A stretch of DNA of 64,000 bases from Isurus oxyrinchus (Eukaryota), in contig JANJGN010000015.1 of assembly GCA_026770705.1 (NCBI GenBank), forward strand, positions 95,728,001 through 95,792,000, given 5' to 3'. This document shows positions 49,416 through 61,719 of this stretch, one piece after another. The notes beneath the pieces are model-generated. The model was not told the origin of the DNA. It searched no databases and saw only the letters and a list, made by a program, of their open reading frames with translations. The translations under genes and the position numbers were made by a program. How positions within the stretch are numbered: the stretch's first letter is position 1; the number at the start of each line of letters is the position of its first letter.

Positions 49416-51484
49416 CCTATCATCTCTTTCATATTATAATACTGCTCTCAAAGGGAGCATACAGCATAATAGGGTATTAGACAAGTTCTTTAACTGACCA
49501 TCTCTGATAACTACAGTAAATTCGGTGGGTAGCCCTGACACTGTAACGTCATGCTATAACCAAAAAATAGTAGAACATCAGTGATCACCAAAGGCTTCAC
49601 GCACAGTCAGTGTTATTCAAACTTTGGGTGAAGGTGTAAAAATGGGTGATGTTGAATTTTAACATTCAGCATAGTTGATCCAATATTGCCTGCTATACAA
49701 CAATGCCTTCAAATTTAAAGTAGCTCCTCAGTGAGTTCCCAGTCTTCAGCCTCAAAGTTTTGCCAAGTGAAAGCCTTTGTCTTCCTTGAATGGCAGAAGT
49801 CAAAATGAGAGAAGCAGTTGCCCTGGGCTGCTCTTCCATACCTCATTGCAGCTAGGTATTGGGTAGCAGAAGTTTGGATGCAGGTCTCCAGCCTATCCTG
49901 TGTTCTGGGGAAGCAAATCAGATGTAGATATAATACTGGGAGGCTAAATTAGATAGCCCTCGAAATGAATTTGGGAATTGTGATGTGCAATTAACCTGTG
50001 TCCCTTGATTGAAATACAGGCAACACACCATCTTCTTTCTGTCTATTGACGTATGCGACTAGCATTATCTGTGTTGTTCATTAACTGCACACATCGGTAT
50101 TTAACAGGAAGTATTTATCATCTATCGCCAGTTGCCTTAGTGTCAGTAGGAGTCGACCACAATGTTAGATTGAAATTGTATCTAGGTCAGACCAGGTTTG
50201 GGAGGAAGATGGGTAGCTTACTTTCTCTGAAGGACAATAACGAATCAAATGCATTTTTTGAATATAATCCAGCAGCCAGATCACAAATTATGATTTAATG
50301 GATTCAGTTTTACAACTTGTGTCATCTGGAGCAGTAATGAAGGCTTGCAATTTTGAAAAAACGTTTATGCCTGTTTTAAAAAAGGACACTGCTGATCTTT
50401 TAGATGGTTACCACAGGTCATCTGACTTTTGGAACTGCAAGTTGACCAAGCTTCTGGAAGCTCCTAAAGGGTGCAACATGCCTAGAAAACAACATTGTGG
50501 AACATTGCACCTGCTATTGACAACAAAAACTTACCACAGAACAAGAAGGATAACAAGCCCTCAAATTTTCTGACTTCAGATCTGGCAGGTAACAAAGGAG
50601 AGCTAACGAAACTAATTATTGTAAAAAAAAATATATTTTTATTTCTATTGGACTGTGGATTAAAGTTACAATGGCTGCAATTTGAAAGACATGTCCAATG
50701 GAACAGTGTGAGGAATATATACAACGTTGCTGTCCCGGAACAGAGTGTGCCATGAAACAGGATGGTGCCGAGGGGGAGTCTGGTCTAATGGGTAACTGCC
50801 TGGCAACAACGTTTTAATTGGCTCCTGACCAATTGATCAGGGTTTGTATGAGAGCAATGCAGCAGAATAGCTTCTAGCTTGAAAAGAAAAAGACCTAAAA
50901 CCTCTTGCTTCTGTGTGTGTAAGATTCCAATAATTCCACAATAATAGCTTGCTGGCTTTTTCTCCTCATATTTCTCTCTCTGAAAACCCCTGTGAAGAGG
51001 CAAAGGGGAAAATCACTGTGAGAGACATTGAAAGGCAAGTGGTCAACTAATGCACTAAATACTGAAATTGCTGCAAGACCACCTTGTGTCATCAACAAAA
51101 ACTGAAAAGAATTTGGAAGACATCAGTCAAAATCAACCCATTGAATCCTGTATTCCAAAACTGGTGTTATTGAACTGTTCTATCCCACTCTTAAAATCTA
51201 TGTTTTTGTGTGTTTTATATGTTTTGCATGTGTGTGTATAGGGATTTAAGAAGGGGTACAGTTAGGTTACAGAGTTAAAAGTTATCAGTTCATATTTCTT
51301 TCTTTTGCCACTAGCAATTTGTTCAATAAAAGCTTATTTAAGTTTAAAAACTTGGTGTCATATTCTGTTAACCTAAATTAAACAATTAGGTGGGTTAATC
51401 AAACTTTTTCACATTTGTCACGCCTTGGGGAGCAGTGGGGCTTGATATTGCAGTGCACTATTCCCAGTGAATCATGGCAACATT

Positions 51485-51504
51485 TGGGGGCTCGGGTTCG
51501 AGAT
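51485..51504 (+). other. Primer-binding site, tRNA-Pro type
   Basis: TGGGGGCTCG matches the first 10 nt of the tRNA-Pro PBS TGGGGGCTCGTCCGGGAT and begins 2 nt after the LTR terminal CA. Confidence 0.7.
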
Positions 51505-51869
51505 ATTTTGGAACAAAAGACTGTTACAATTTGGGGGTAGACTTAGTAAGTAATAAAGGTTAAAAGGAAACACCAGGTTTGTAGTAAAAAATAAGATGGC
51601 ACTGGAAACTGTTAAAGATTTCCTGCAAGTGGAATAGATGTCCCTGACGATTTTACAAGGGTCCCAAAAGCCAGGCTAATTGGATTGGCAAGTAAATTAA
51701 AAGTAGGACTTCCTGCCAAAGCTAGGAAGGCAGAGATAATTGAAGAGATGGCACAGAATTTAAAACTGGAAGGAATACCTGAAAGACCAAGTTCTCAAGG
51801 GGTTATTCATTGGAATGGGCTCAAATTCAGTTGCAACTAAAAAAAATGGAACCAGAGGTAGCAGAAAAA

Positions 51870-51985
51870 GAAAGGGCAGAGAAAGAAAAAGAAAAGGAAA
51901 GAGAAAGGGTATTCCAAAGAGAACAGGCAGAAAGGGCAGAGAAAGAAAAAGAAAAGGAAAAAGAGAGAGCATTTCAAAGGGAGTT
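51870..51985 (+). repeat. 60-bp imperfect tandem repeat encoding a Glu/Lys/Arg coiled coil in gag
   Basis: ERAEKEKEKERERVFQRE and ERAEKEKEKEKERAFQRE. Confidence 0.8.
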
Positions 51986-52709
51986 AGAAATGGCAAAATT
52001 AGAAAAGGAGGAAAGAGAAAAAGAGAGAGAATTCCAGCTTAAAATGCTGACAGTTAAAAAAGAGACACCAGTCGATGAGGCAGAGCTTATTTCCAGATCA
52101 GAACCCAATGGGGAGAAGTTTAAATTTGCACAAGCTCTTCCAAAATTTGAGAAAAGGGATGTTGAAGCATTCTTTATTTCATTTGAGAAGATAGCTAAAC
52201 AGATGATCTGGCCAAAGGAAAACTGGACATTGCCCATGCAGAGCAAATTGACAGGTAGAGCACAGGAAATTTATGCTTCATGCCAGAGGAGGCTTCCAGA
52301 GATTATGATGTGGTGAAAAAGGCCATTATGAGTGCATATGAGTTGGTCTCTGAAGCATACAGATAAAAGTTTTGAAATTTAAGGAAACAGCCTGGGAAAA
52401 ATTGCATTGAATTTGAAAGGATTAAGCAATGTAGTTTTGATGGGTGGATACAAACATTAGGAGTTGAAACTACCTATGAAATTCTCAGAGACCATTCTCT
52501 TGGAAGAATTTAAAAACTCCCTACCTTCTGTAATAAGAACTCATGTTGAAGACCGAAGGGTTGCAACTGCTATACAGGCAGCAGTAATGGCTGATAATTA
52601 TGAGCTGATCCATAAAACTAAACCTCTTTCCCATCACCTCCGTGAATTTGAAAAAGATAGAAAATGGGAGAGTGTAAGGAAGGCAAGTAGCCAGGGTAAA
52701 GAATGGATA

Positions 52710-52959
52710 ACAAAAACAAAAACAGAATTACCTGGAAAAACTCAGCAGGTCTGGCAGCATCGGCGGAGAAGAAACGAGTTGACATTTCGAGTCCTCATGA
52801 CCCTTCGACAGAACCCAGTTCTGTCGAAGGGTCATGAGGACTCGAAACGTCAACTCTTTTCTTCTCCGCCGATGCTGCCAGACCTGCTGAGTTTTTCCAG
52901 GTAATTCTGTTTTTGTTTTTGTTTTGGATTTCCAGCATCCGCAGTTTTTTTGTTTTTAT
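52710..52959. mobile_element. Fold-back Penelope-type element with two opposed hammerheads, inserted in gag
   Basis: 13-bp TSD TAAAGAATGGATA (52697-52709, 52960-52972); ~105-bp inverted arms around a 3-nt spacer at 52815-52817; plus-strand hammerhead 52817-52855. Confidence 0.87.
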
Positions 52960-54072
52960 TAAAGAATGGATAGCTGGGAATATCTTGAGAGCTCCTCCCC
53001 AGATCAGGAAGGAGGGTCTTGAGGATGGAGGTAAAACTCAAATCCTAGGTGTTTCCATTGTAATAAAGTGGGACACATTTGTTCAGAATGCTGGAAGTTG
53101 CGAACGAAGCCATGGGACTTATCGGAGTTTGCAAGAGTGAGTCCGAAAAGGGAATTCAAAAAGAAAATGCCATAGATTAAATTGTAGCTTTAACTACAAA
53201 TAAGGGTCTGGAGGTAAACATTGCTGTGAATGCAGGTGAAGTGAGTAAGGTAGATGAGAGATGTAAAGGGGTTTTGTCTAAAGGAAACATAACTCCTTTT
53301 TCATAAAATGATGCAGCTCAACCCATAACCATATTAAGGGACATAGAAGCCACTCAAACTCTTTTGCTGGAGGAGGACCTCCAGAGAGTTCAATGAAAGC
53401 TGAAGTATTGGTAAATGTGGTAAGTGGAGAGTATATCCTGGTTCCATTGTACAAAGTGCAAGTGGCGTGTGATTTGTTGTCTGGATCAGTGGTTAGTGGA
53501 GTGGTAAGAAATTGCCCATGGATGGAGTTGATTTTCTCCTGGGAAATGATTTGGCAGGAGTGAATGTTATAGTTTTACTCGTACTTGCAAAAAATCCGAG
53601 AGAGGCTAAAGAGACAGAGCAGTTACAAGAACAAGTTCCTGCTATTTTTCCATTGTATGTGGTGACTAGAGCAATGGCTAATCAAAGTCCATCACCAGAG
53701 GTCAAAGTAATACTACCAGCAGAGTAGCCAAAAATTTCTTTAAGGATGAAGATAATTCGAAGGAAGTGTTTGGCATGCCTACATTAATTGAGGCTCAGAA
53801 AGCAGTCCAGAGTTAAAAAAAATAGCACAGTCAGCTCACACTGAAGCTGAGGTGGAAGGAGTTCTGGAGTGCTATTACATTAAAAATGGAGTTCTGATAA
53901 GGAAGTGGAGACACCCTCACAGACCTACGGATGAGGAATGGATGGTTGCCCATCAGATAGTGGTACCACCCAATATCATAAGGAGATATTGCGAGTAGCA
54001 TAGGAAATTCCTATAACTGGATATGTAGAAACACGGAAAATCAAGCATTGATAAACAGGCATTTTATCTGGC

Positions 54073-54820
54073 TGTTGGTCCAGCTGAGTTATTTAAAAAA
54101 CCCAGAGAGAATCTTTAAACAACTATAATATCCTATAGTTTTAAGTGTTATGTTTGAGAAGCAACTCTAAATTCAGGAATCAGAGGTTTCTTGAGGTTCT
54201 ACATTAAACTAAATGAAACATTGCATTAATTTACATAAGATATATATATATATACATATAGCTACAAATTACTACTATCATAACTTTTAACAAATTCTCA
54301 AACTAATTTCTATTAAGGCAACAGCAACCCATAGACTTAACCAGACACCAGACAAACCCCTTTCACATTACGCATTCAAATTGAGATTCTTTTCACTTTG
54401 GTTCCTGTGGGGTCAGTTGGAGGCTTACAGCTGCCTTTGATCTTATATTGCCTCTGCCTGCACACACAAAACTGCTGAAGTTATACCTGGCGCTGCTCAT
54501 TGAATATAAATTCTCATTGTATCACCAGCATCTTTGAACTACACCTTTTAACAATAAAACCCCTTTCGTAGTACTATTTTTATTAGTAATATACCATATT
54601 GCTTGGTATCTGCTAGGTAGGTGTTAGTTTTGACCCACGTCTTGAATGCTCTATTCAAAAAATGCAAATGCATACTATCTCTCTTACATATCAAAACTAG
54701 TACACATCAAAGCACCCAGACAAGGTTTTAATATAATTAAGACACACTCAGCAAGTAAACCTTTAGTTTAAAAGAAAAATATTTTCCAATAATATTATAT
54801 ACATTAATAGCTTCATGACA
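54073..54820. mobile_element. Solo LTR inserted in the integrase zinc-binding region
   Basis: TG...CA termini; 5-bp TSD CTGGC (54068-54072, 54821-54825); host frame RHFIW|PTLHKYVVQFCK rejoins across it. Confidence 0.88.
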
Positions 54821-56150
54821 CTGGCCAACACTTCATAAGTATGTGGTGCAATTTTGTAAAATGTGTCATACATGTCAGGTAGTAGTAGGTAAACCTCAAC
54901 ATGTAATCAAACCAGCACCTTTAATACCTGTACCAGTTTTTGAAGAACCGTTCAGTCAGGTATTAGTAGATTTTGTAGGACCATTACCCAAAACGAAAGC
55001 AGTACATCAGTATATCCTTACAATCATGGCTGTGACAACCCGATTTCCAGAAGCTATTCCTTTAAGGACAATTAGAGCTAAGGCGCTAATGGAAGAGTTA
55101 GCTCAGTTTTTCATTCATCATGGCCACCAACTGAAATACAATCTGACCAAGGCTATAACTTCATGTCTAAAGTTTTCCAGGTCATAATCGGCAGCTTGGG
55201 TATCAAACAACTAAAGTTTACCACCTATCACCCACAGACACAGGGAGCTTTAGAGTGATACCATCAGACACTCAAAACCATGATTAAGACCTATTGCCAT
55301 GAATACCCAAAGGATTGGGACAAAGGATTCGATTTCTTACTATTTGCTACTAGAGATTCTCCAAATGAATCTGCTGGATTTAGTCCATTTGAATTGATCT
55401 ATGGTCATGAAATAAGAAGTCCATTAAAAGTGATTAAGGAAAAGTTCCTAAAGCATTAAGACAAATCCCCCATGTTGGATTACATGTCCATGTTTCTAGA
55501 AAGACTCACAGGAGCATCTAAAGTAGCACAAGAGCACTTAAACATTTCCCAAGTGAAAATGAAAGAGTAGGCAGACAAACATGCTACAACTAGAATGTTC
55601 CAAGCAGGAGAAAAAGTATTGGTATTGTTGCCTTTGCAAGGTGATTCCTGAAAGCGAAGTTCAGTGGCCCCTACAAGCTGGTTAGGAGAGTTAGTAAAGT
55701 GACTTATCTGATAGATACTCCTGAGCGTAGGAAGAAGAAAGAATTATGTCATATAAACACACTGAAGCAACATCATCTCAGGGAAGATGATGGGAAAGAG
55801 CAAGTATGCCAGGTCGTAGGAATAATAGAGGATGACAGAGACAGTAAGAGTAAGGTGGAGGGAGGACAGTGTACAAAGCGAACATCCTACAATTCAACTA
55901 GCCAATGTGAAAATATTGGGACAGTCAGATACTGTGTTTTCATATTTAGAGGAAGGACCACAGGAAGATCTAATAAGGTTAGTTAGGAAGTATGAAGGAA
56001 TTTGTAGGGATACACCTGGAAGAACTAAGTTAGCTAAACATGATGTGAATGTAGGAGACTCAGTGCCAATAAAACAACATCCTTATTGGCTGAACCCAGA
56101 GAAACAAGCTCAGGTAGAAACAGAGATCCAATATACAAGCTCATAAGACT

Positions 56151-56654
56151 GGGGACAGGATTTTTCCCTTGGCGGAGGTGGTTGGGAAGCCTACCGCCAC
56201 CCGTGATCGGCTCTGCACCGTGATCTCACGTGGGAGGGCCAATTAAGGCCCACCCTGCGTGGATTGCGAGTGGCAGCGCTGAGCGCTGCCTGTGTGGGAG
56301 GGGGGGAGGATGGCAAGTGCGTCTCACGCGCAGTTAGCACATGCGCAAGAAAGAGTGCTTCAATTTCCTTGAGGCAGTAAAGAAAGACAAATCCTCCATG
56401 TTGGATTACATGATTTAATAATGACAGTAAAAATTTAATAAAACATGTCACCTCATGTGACTCTGTTTTTAATTCTAAAATAAAGTTTTTATTTAATGTT
56501 TATTTGTTTTAGGAAACTTCATCCCGCTCATGGATGAGGTTTCCTAAAACACGTAAAGGTCGCTTGGCCACAAGTGTAAGATGACTTTGGGATGCATTCC
56601 CGACATCATCGTGCATCATTTTACATGCCCACACGCCGAGCATAATATGCTGCC
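56151..56654. mobile_element. Non-autonomous Harbinger derivative (MITE)
   Basis: TIR-like GGACAGGATTTTT; shares GGGCCAATT-AGGCCC-CCC with 57793 and ATCCCGC and CATCATTTTACA with 61920-62170. Confidence 0.7.
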
Positions 56655-57945
56655 TCATAAGACGTAGGAGCGCATTCTGCGACATTCAGCGCATCGAGTC
56701 TGCTCTGCCATTCAATGAGATCTTGGCTGATCTGATAATCCTCAACTCCACTTTCTTGCCTTGTCTCATAACATAATCCTTGATTCCCTAACTGATTAAA
56801 AATCTGAATATCTCAGCCTTGAATATACTTAATGAGCCATCCTCAACAACCCTGTTGTGGTAAAGAATTCCACAAGTTGACTACTCTCTGAGAGAAGAAA
56901 TTCCTCCTCATCTCAGTTTTGAATGGACGTCCCCTTAGTCTGAGATTATGCTTTCTGGTTCTAGAGTCTCCCACAAGGGGAAACAACCTCTCATCATCTA
57001 CCCCGTCAAGCCCCCTAAGAATCTTATATGCTTCATTAAGGTCGCCTCTCATTATTCTAAACTCCAATGTGTCCAGGCCCTATCTACTCAACCTCTCCTC
57101 ATTGGAAAATCTCCCTATACCCGGGATCAACCTAGTGAACCTTCTCTAGACTGCCTCCAATGGGTAAGGGGAACAAAATTATTCACAGTATTGTAGGTGT
57201 GGTCTAACTAGTGCCTTGTACAGTTTTAGCAAGACTTCCTTATTTTCATAATCCATTCCCCTTGAAATAAAGGCCAAAACTCCATTTGCCTTCCCAATTA
57301 CCTCTTGAGCTTGAATGTTAGCTTTTTGGGATTCATGCACAAGGACTCCCAAATCCCTCTGTGCTGCAGCCTTCTGCAGTCTTTCTCCATTTAAATAATA
57401 TTCAGCTCCTCTATTATTCCTGCCAAAGTGCATAACCTCTCATTTTTCCACATTATATTCCCTGCCAAGTTTTTTGCCCATTCACTTAACCTATCTATAT
57501 CCCTCTGTAAACTCCTTGTGTCATCCTCACCACTTGCCTTCCCACCTATTTTTGTGTCATCCGCAAACTTGGCGATAGTACATTCGCTTCCCTCATCTGT
57601 CATTAATACATATTGTAAATAATTGAGGCCCCAGCACTGATCCTTGTGGCACTCCACTAGTTATAGGTTGCCATGCTGAAAATGACCCCTAATCCCAACT
57701 CTCTGGCCTGAATTTTCCGGTTGGCGGGGGGGGGGGTGCAAAGCGGGAGCAGGCACTGGCAGGCATGGACCCGATTGCCATTTTATGCGAGTGGGCCAAT
57801 TGAGGCCCGCCCAGCATATTTCTCAGCTCCCAAGGATAGTGGGAGTGGGCGGGTGGCAGTGGGCGTGGACAGACTGCTGGGTCCAATGGTGACCTGGCAC
57901 CCTGTTTAAATGAAGGCCTGGCAGCCTTTTCTAGGCTGCTTACAA

Positions 57946-60182
57946 TGACAAATGCAAGGCCACAGCAGAGGGCTTCTGGTGAGCAGGCCCATCTGGAGGA
58001 TAGGCCAGCAGGACAGGCCAGGCCTGAGGGTAGGGTGGGGGTGGGGGCGGGGGGGCAGTGTGCCCCTCGTTTTTCAGACGACTGCTTTGCTGTCCTCCTC
58101 AAGGAGGTGCAGCATGGTGGGAGGTGCTGGTCCCCCAGGATGGGAGGAGGAGGCCCCCCCACATGACCAAACTTGCCTGGGAGGAGGTGGTAAGTTCCCA
58201 TGACGTGGTGCAGTGCACCTGGGTCCAGTGTTGCAAGCGCTTCAACAACTTGTTGTGCTCTGGCAGGGTGAGTACCATGTTGGCATTGGGCATTTAACCC
58301 AGCAGGTCAGCTTACCCCGCTGCTGCCACCCCCTCCCCCCCGCAAAGTCCAAGTGTCGTGACTGCATTGAATCATCGACGGCATTCGTCCTTTGCTGGGT
58401 GGGCAAGCAGATACTGCCCATGCTGAGGTCAGCCTGAGAGGGTGATGAGATGTGTTTTTACCCCACAGCATGTGTTACACTGAGTCCCACATAACTAGTG
58501 TGGGGGCAACCTGGAAGAGCTGTACCTAGGTGCAGTGTTAGAACTCCAGGACATGTCCTAGTCAGAGTGATGAGATGGTGGGAGTGGATCTTCAAAGTGG
58601 CATGACAACGAACCGTCCGCTACGTTCTGTGCTCCACATGCTTGCACCTCTTTGCTATGAAATAATATACCGTGTGGTGCCTAATGTGATGTAGGCAACA
58701 TTTGTCCAAGTAGGGGGTGAAGAGCAGGCCTAGCATCTTTCTGTGGGTGCTCGGCAGCAGTGGGGTGAGGAGGCACTGAAGCCCTGATATTTCCCACTCT
58801 GGTTGGGGTGGGCCGTGCGCGAAGAGAGTCCATGTGCAATTTGCAGTAATCAATGCTCTTCTCTCATTTTCAGGAGAAGAATACTCATAACGTGGCAGAG
58901 CATGCGAGGACTGATTGCGGCCAGGCGCAGATTGCCATTCTAAGCCATTTCGAGCAGGAGGCCTTGGATCTGGAGAGGCGCCATGCACCCAGGTCCACTG
59001 GTGTCAGTGAGGCTGGGGTGCCACAGCCAGGTATTTATGCCCAACAGTGAGGTCAGCATTGTCCTCCCAACAGCCATAGCACTGCTGAATGTTAAACAAT
59101 TTAATTTTGCAACATGGCTTGACTATTGGTTATGGAAGGATGAGTGCATAATGATCCGGGGGACAGGGATGGACTTTGTCATTGTCCCCATGCTAAGTGA
59201 TCCACTGTCCTTGTTCTTCCTTTCAGCATCATCGGAACAGGGCCGGGAGGAGGAGCAGTAGAGGCCCCCTCTCACACCTGAGGAGCCTGAAGTCTCAACA
59301 GCATCACACCATTTCTGCAAGGCAGGCACCAGCGCAGATAGTTGGGAATTTGAACAACGGCTCATGTCCCGGGACACAGTGGTGAAGGCACTTCACAGTT
59401 GCTGGAGGAGCTGGCAGAGACAGAGAGTGCCCATGGCGCCAGCAGTCGGAGGACTGCAGGGGACTAGGCACATGCTCAGTCGGTGGCTGATGATGTGCCT
59501 CAGGAGTTGTCTGCGATGCAGCAGGTGCAAGAAATGCGGCCGGGTGTGCAGGAGCATCTCGGGGAGATACATGAGGCTATGCTTGACTTGGTCTCCGTGG
59601 CGGAGGAGTCTAAATGGACGCTCGCTGAAGCAATGAGCCACAAGTCCGAGCACCATGCATCCTCCATGGAGAGAGTGGCGAATCTCATGGAGAGCCTACT
59701 TCAGGAGACCCATCAGGGCTTCCTGGGGATGCGCTCTGACCAGGAAGCCTTCACATCGACATTGACCTCAGATGATCAGTGCCTGTGTGGGAGATGGTGT
59801 TGGCGTCAGGTTTCCCAGCTCAGTGCTTATCCATCCACAGTGAGCAGGGAGGTCCAAAGATACATCACGTTGGCGCAGCAGCTGCCTGTCATCTCTGCAG
59901 GCTCCTCTCAGGGCTCTTTGGATGAGGGTGGCAGCTCCACCTCCCCCCTCTCCCAGTGACTGTATCATCCGGTGAGGCTGCGATGACTGGGGAGAGGCCA
60001 GCTGTGGAACTGGCAGCTCCCTTCCAGGGAGGGCTCACACAAGCTCCATGGGCCAGAGGATGACCACCAAGGTCATCGAGGCCAACAGGACAGCAGAGTC
60101 AGCAGGCTGTCTCAGATGCCACTTCAAGTGATAGGGCAGCACCAAGACGTAGCACCTGGAAATGAAAGCATAAGGCACCTTA
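57946..60182 (+). pseudogene. Harbinger Myb/SANT-like DNA-binding gene, three putative exons (to ~58267, 58874-59030, from 59227), disrupted
   Basis: APRFSDDCFAVLLKEV, AWEEV, CTWVQCCKRFNNL then AGG|GTGAGT; TTTTCAG|EKNTHN...PQP then GTATTT; acceptor CCTTTCAG at 59226; coiled-coil ORF 59483..59959. Confidence 0.75.
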
Positions 60183-60518
60183 GGCACACCAGGGGTTTTT
60201 CACTGATGGTTTTTTGTTGGCCCGAGATGAGGCCCTTATGATTTTATTTGATTTGTAATGCTTGTCCTTTTTTTATAATAAGCTGCTTTGTTTCACACAT
60301 TAAATTCAGATATGTCACCATGGCTGAGGGTGCCTCTTTTCTTCTGCAAGTGTATGGTTTCCAAAACTGTAATGAGTGCTTTTTTGGACATTCAGCTTTA
60401 ATAACAATGCCCTTAGTTACTGTTGCTAACCTAGCAGATTTTGCACTTAGGTGTCGAGTGTCGAGCCGACAACCCAGGCTTGTCCTGGTGGACCATCTGT
60501 GGTGTGCTAGCTAAAGGT

Positions 60519-61719
60519 TTATTGGATTAAAGCCTCTCGGGTATCCCTGCCTCCCTGGAGTATGCTCAGGTCAGCGTCTACCCCTTCAGCATTTCCCTGT
60601 GCGTGCTCATCCTCGGACTCACTGCTGGACTCATCGTGTGCAGCTGCAGCCACTGCGTCGACATCTTCATCGTCTACTGCACAAAATTGTGGAGAGCACA
60701 GCATGCAATCACTATCACCGACACAATCTGGGGTGCTGGAGTTCGCCCCCTGAATGGTCCAGGCATCGGAAGCGCATCTTGAGAAGACCAATGGTTCTCT
60801 CCCCAACAGCCCTGGTGGAGGCGTGGTTCCTGTTGTACCACTGCTTAGCTTCTGTTCTTGAGTGGCGGAGAGGCATCATGAGCCACCTTCTGAGGGGATA
60901 GCCCTTGTCACCCAGCAGCCATCCATCAAGCCGGGCTGGAGCACTGAAGAGTCCCAGCAGCTGGGAGCTTCTGAAGATGTAGGCGTCATGGGAGCTGCCT
61001 GGGTACCTTGCATAGACTTGTAAAATCAGCATCCTGTGATCACACCATCTGCATCTTCATGGGGTGGAAGCCTTTCCTGTTGATGAAGGCTCTAGGCTCA
61101 CCTGCTGGTGCCTTGATGGCCATGTGTTTGCAGTCTATTGCACCCTGGACGTGGGGAAAGCCAGCAATTGCCGCAAAGTCTCTGGCTCATTGTGTCTGGC
61201 TTTCCTGGTCCCAACGGAAGTGGATGAAGGTCAATGCATGCCTAAACAGAGCTCCTGTAACCTGCTTTACACAACTATGGACAGCTGATTGGGAGACACC
61301 GCAAAGATCACCCACCGAGCCCTGGAAGAAGCCAGAGGCATAGAAGTTGAGGGTAGCTGTGACCTTTAGAGCCACTGGCATGGGGTGTCCACCTATACAG
61401 TTAGGGGAGATCTCAGGCCCAATCATCTGACAGATATAGTTGACTATCTCCCTTGAGAGACGGAGCATCCTTCGGCACTGCACCTCAGACATATTGAGGT
61501 AGCTGCTTTGCTGCCTGTGTACCCTGGCAGCAGGATAGTGGTATCTTCTGCAGCACCTTCTGCCTTTGACTTCCTCTTGACACTGTGCCCCTTGTGACTG
61601 TGCCTGTCCTCCCAAAGGTGGCTCCCCTGGAGGCTGAATGTGCACTCTGGCCTCCTCCCCTTCCTAGCCCTCCCTTCCTCTTCAGAGGAGCTGCCTCCAC
61701 TGGACAGTTCAGCCCCCAT
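60519..61719 (-). pseudogene. Harbinger DDE transposase (HARBI1-like), frameshifted
   Basis: LKVTATLNFYASGFFQGSVGDLCGVSQS, ARYPGSSHDAYIF, WLLGDKGYPL, HASTRAVGERTIGLLKMRFRCLD. Confidence 0.92.

Larger units (their letters stand above)
50330..56135 (+). mobile_element. Gmr1-type Ty3/Gypsy LTR retrotransposon, decayed and 3'-truncated (5' LTR ~50330-51482, gag, PR, IN, start of RT)
   Basis: LTR end GCAACA followed by PBS; gag from ATG 51596 (LPKFEKRDVEAFFISFEKIA, LLEEFKNSLP, CFHCNKVGHICSEC); PR ILRDIEATQTLL and FLLGNDL; IN CHTCQ, VDFVGPLP, TRFPEAIPL; RT start PGRTKLAKHDV, PIKQHPY. LTR start is uncertain. Confidence 0.88.

Noticed and set aside
60519-61719. Domesticated host HARBI1 gene
   Set aside because: Flanked by TIRs and a TSD, inserted in a CR1, frameshifted, with several related copies in the window.
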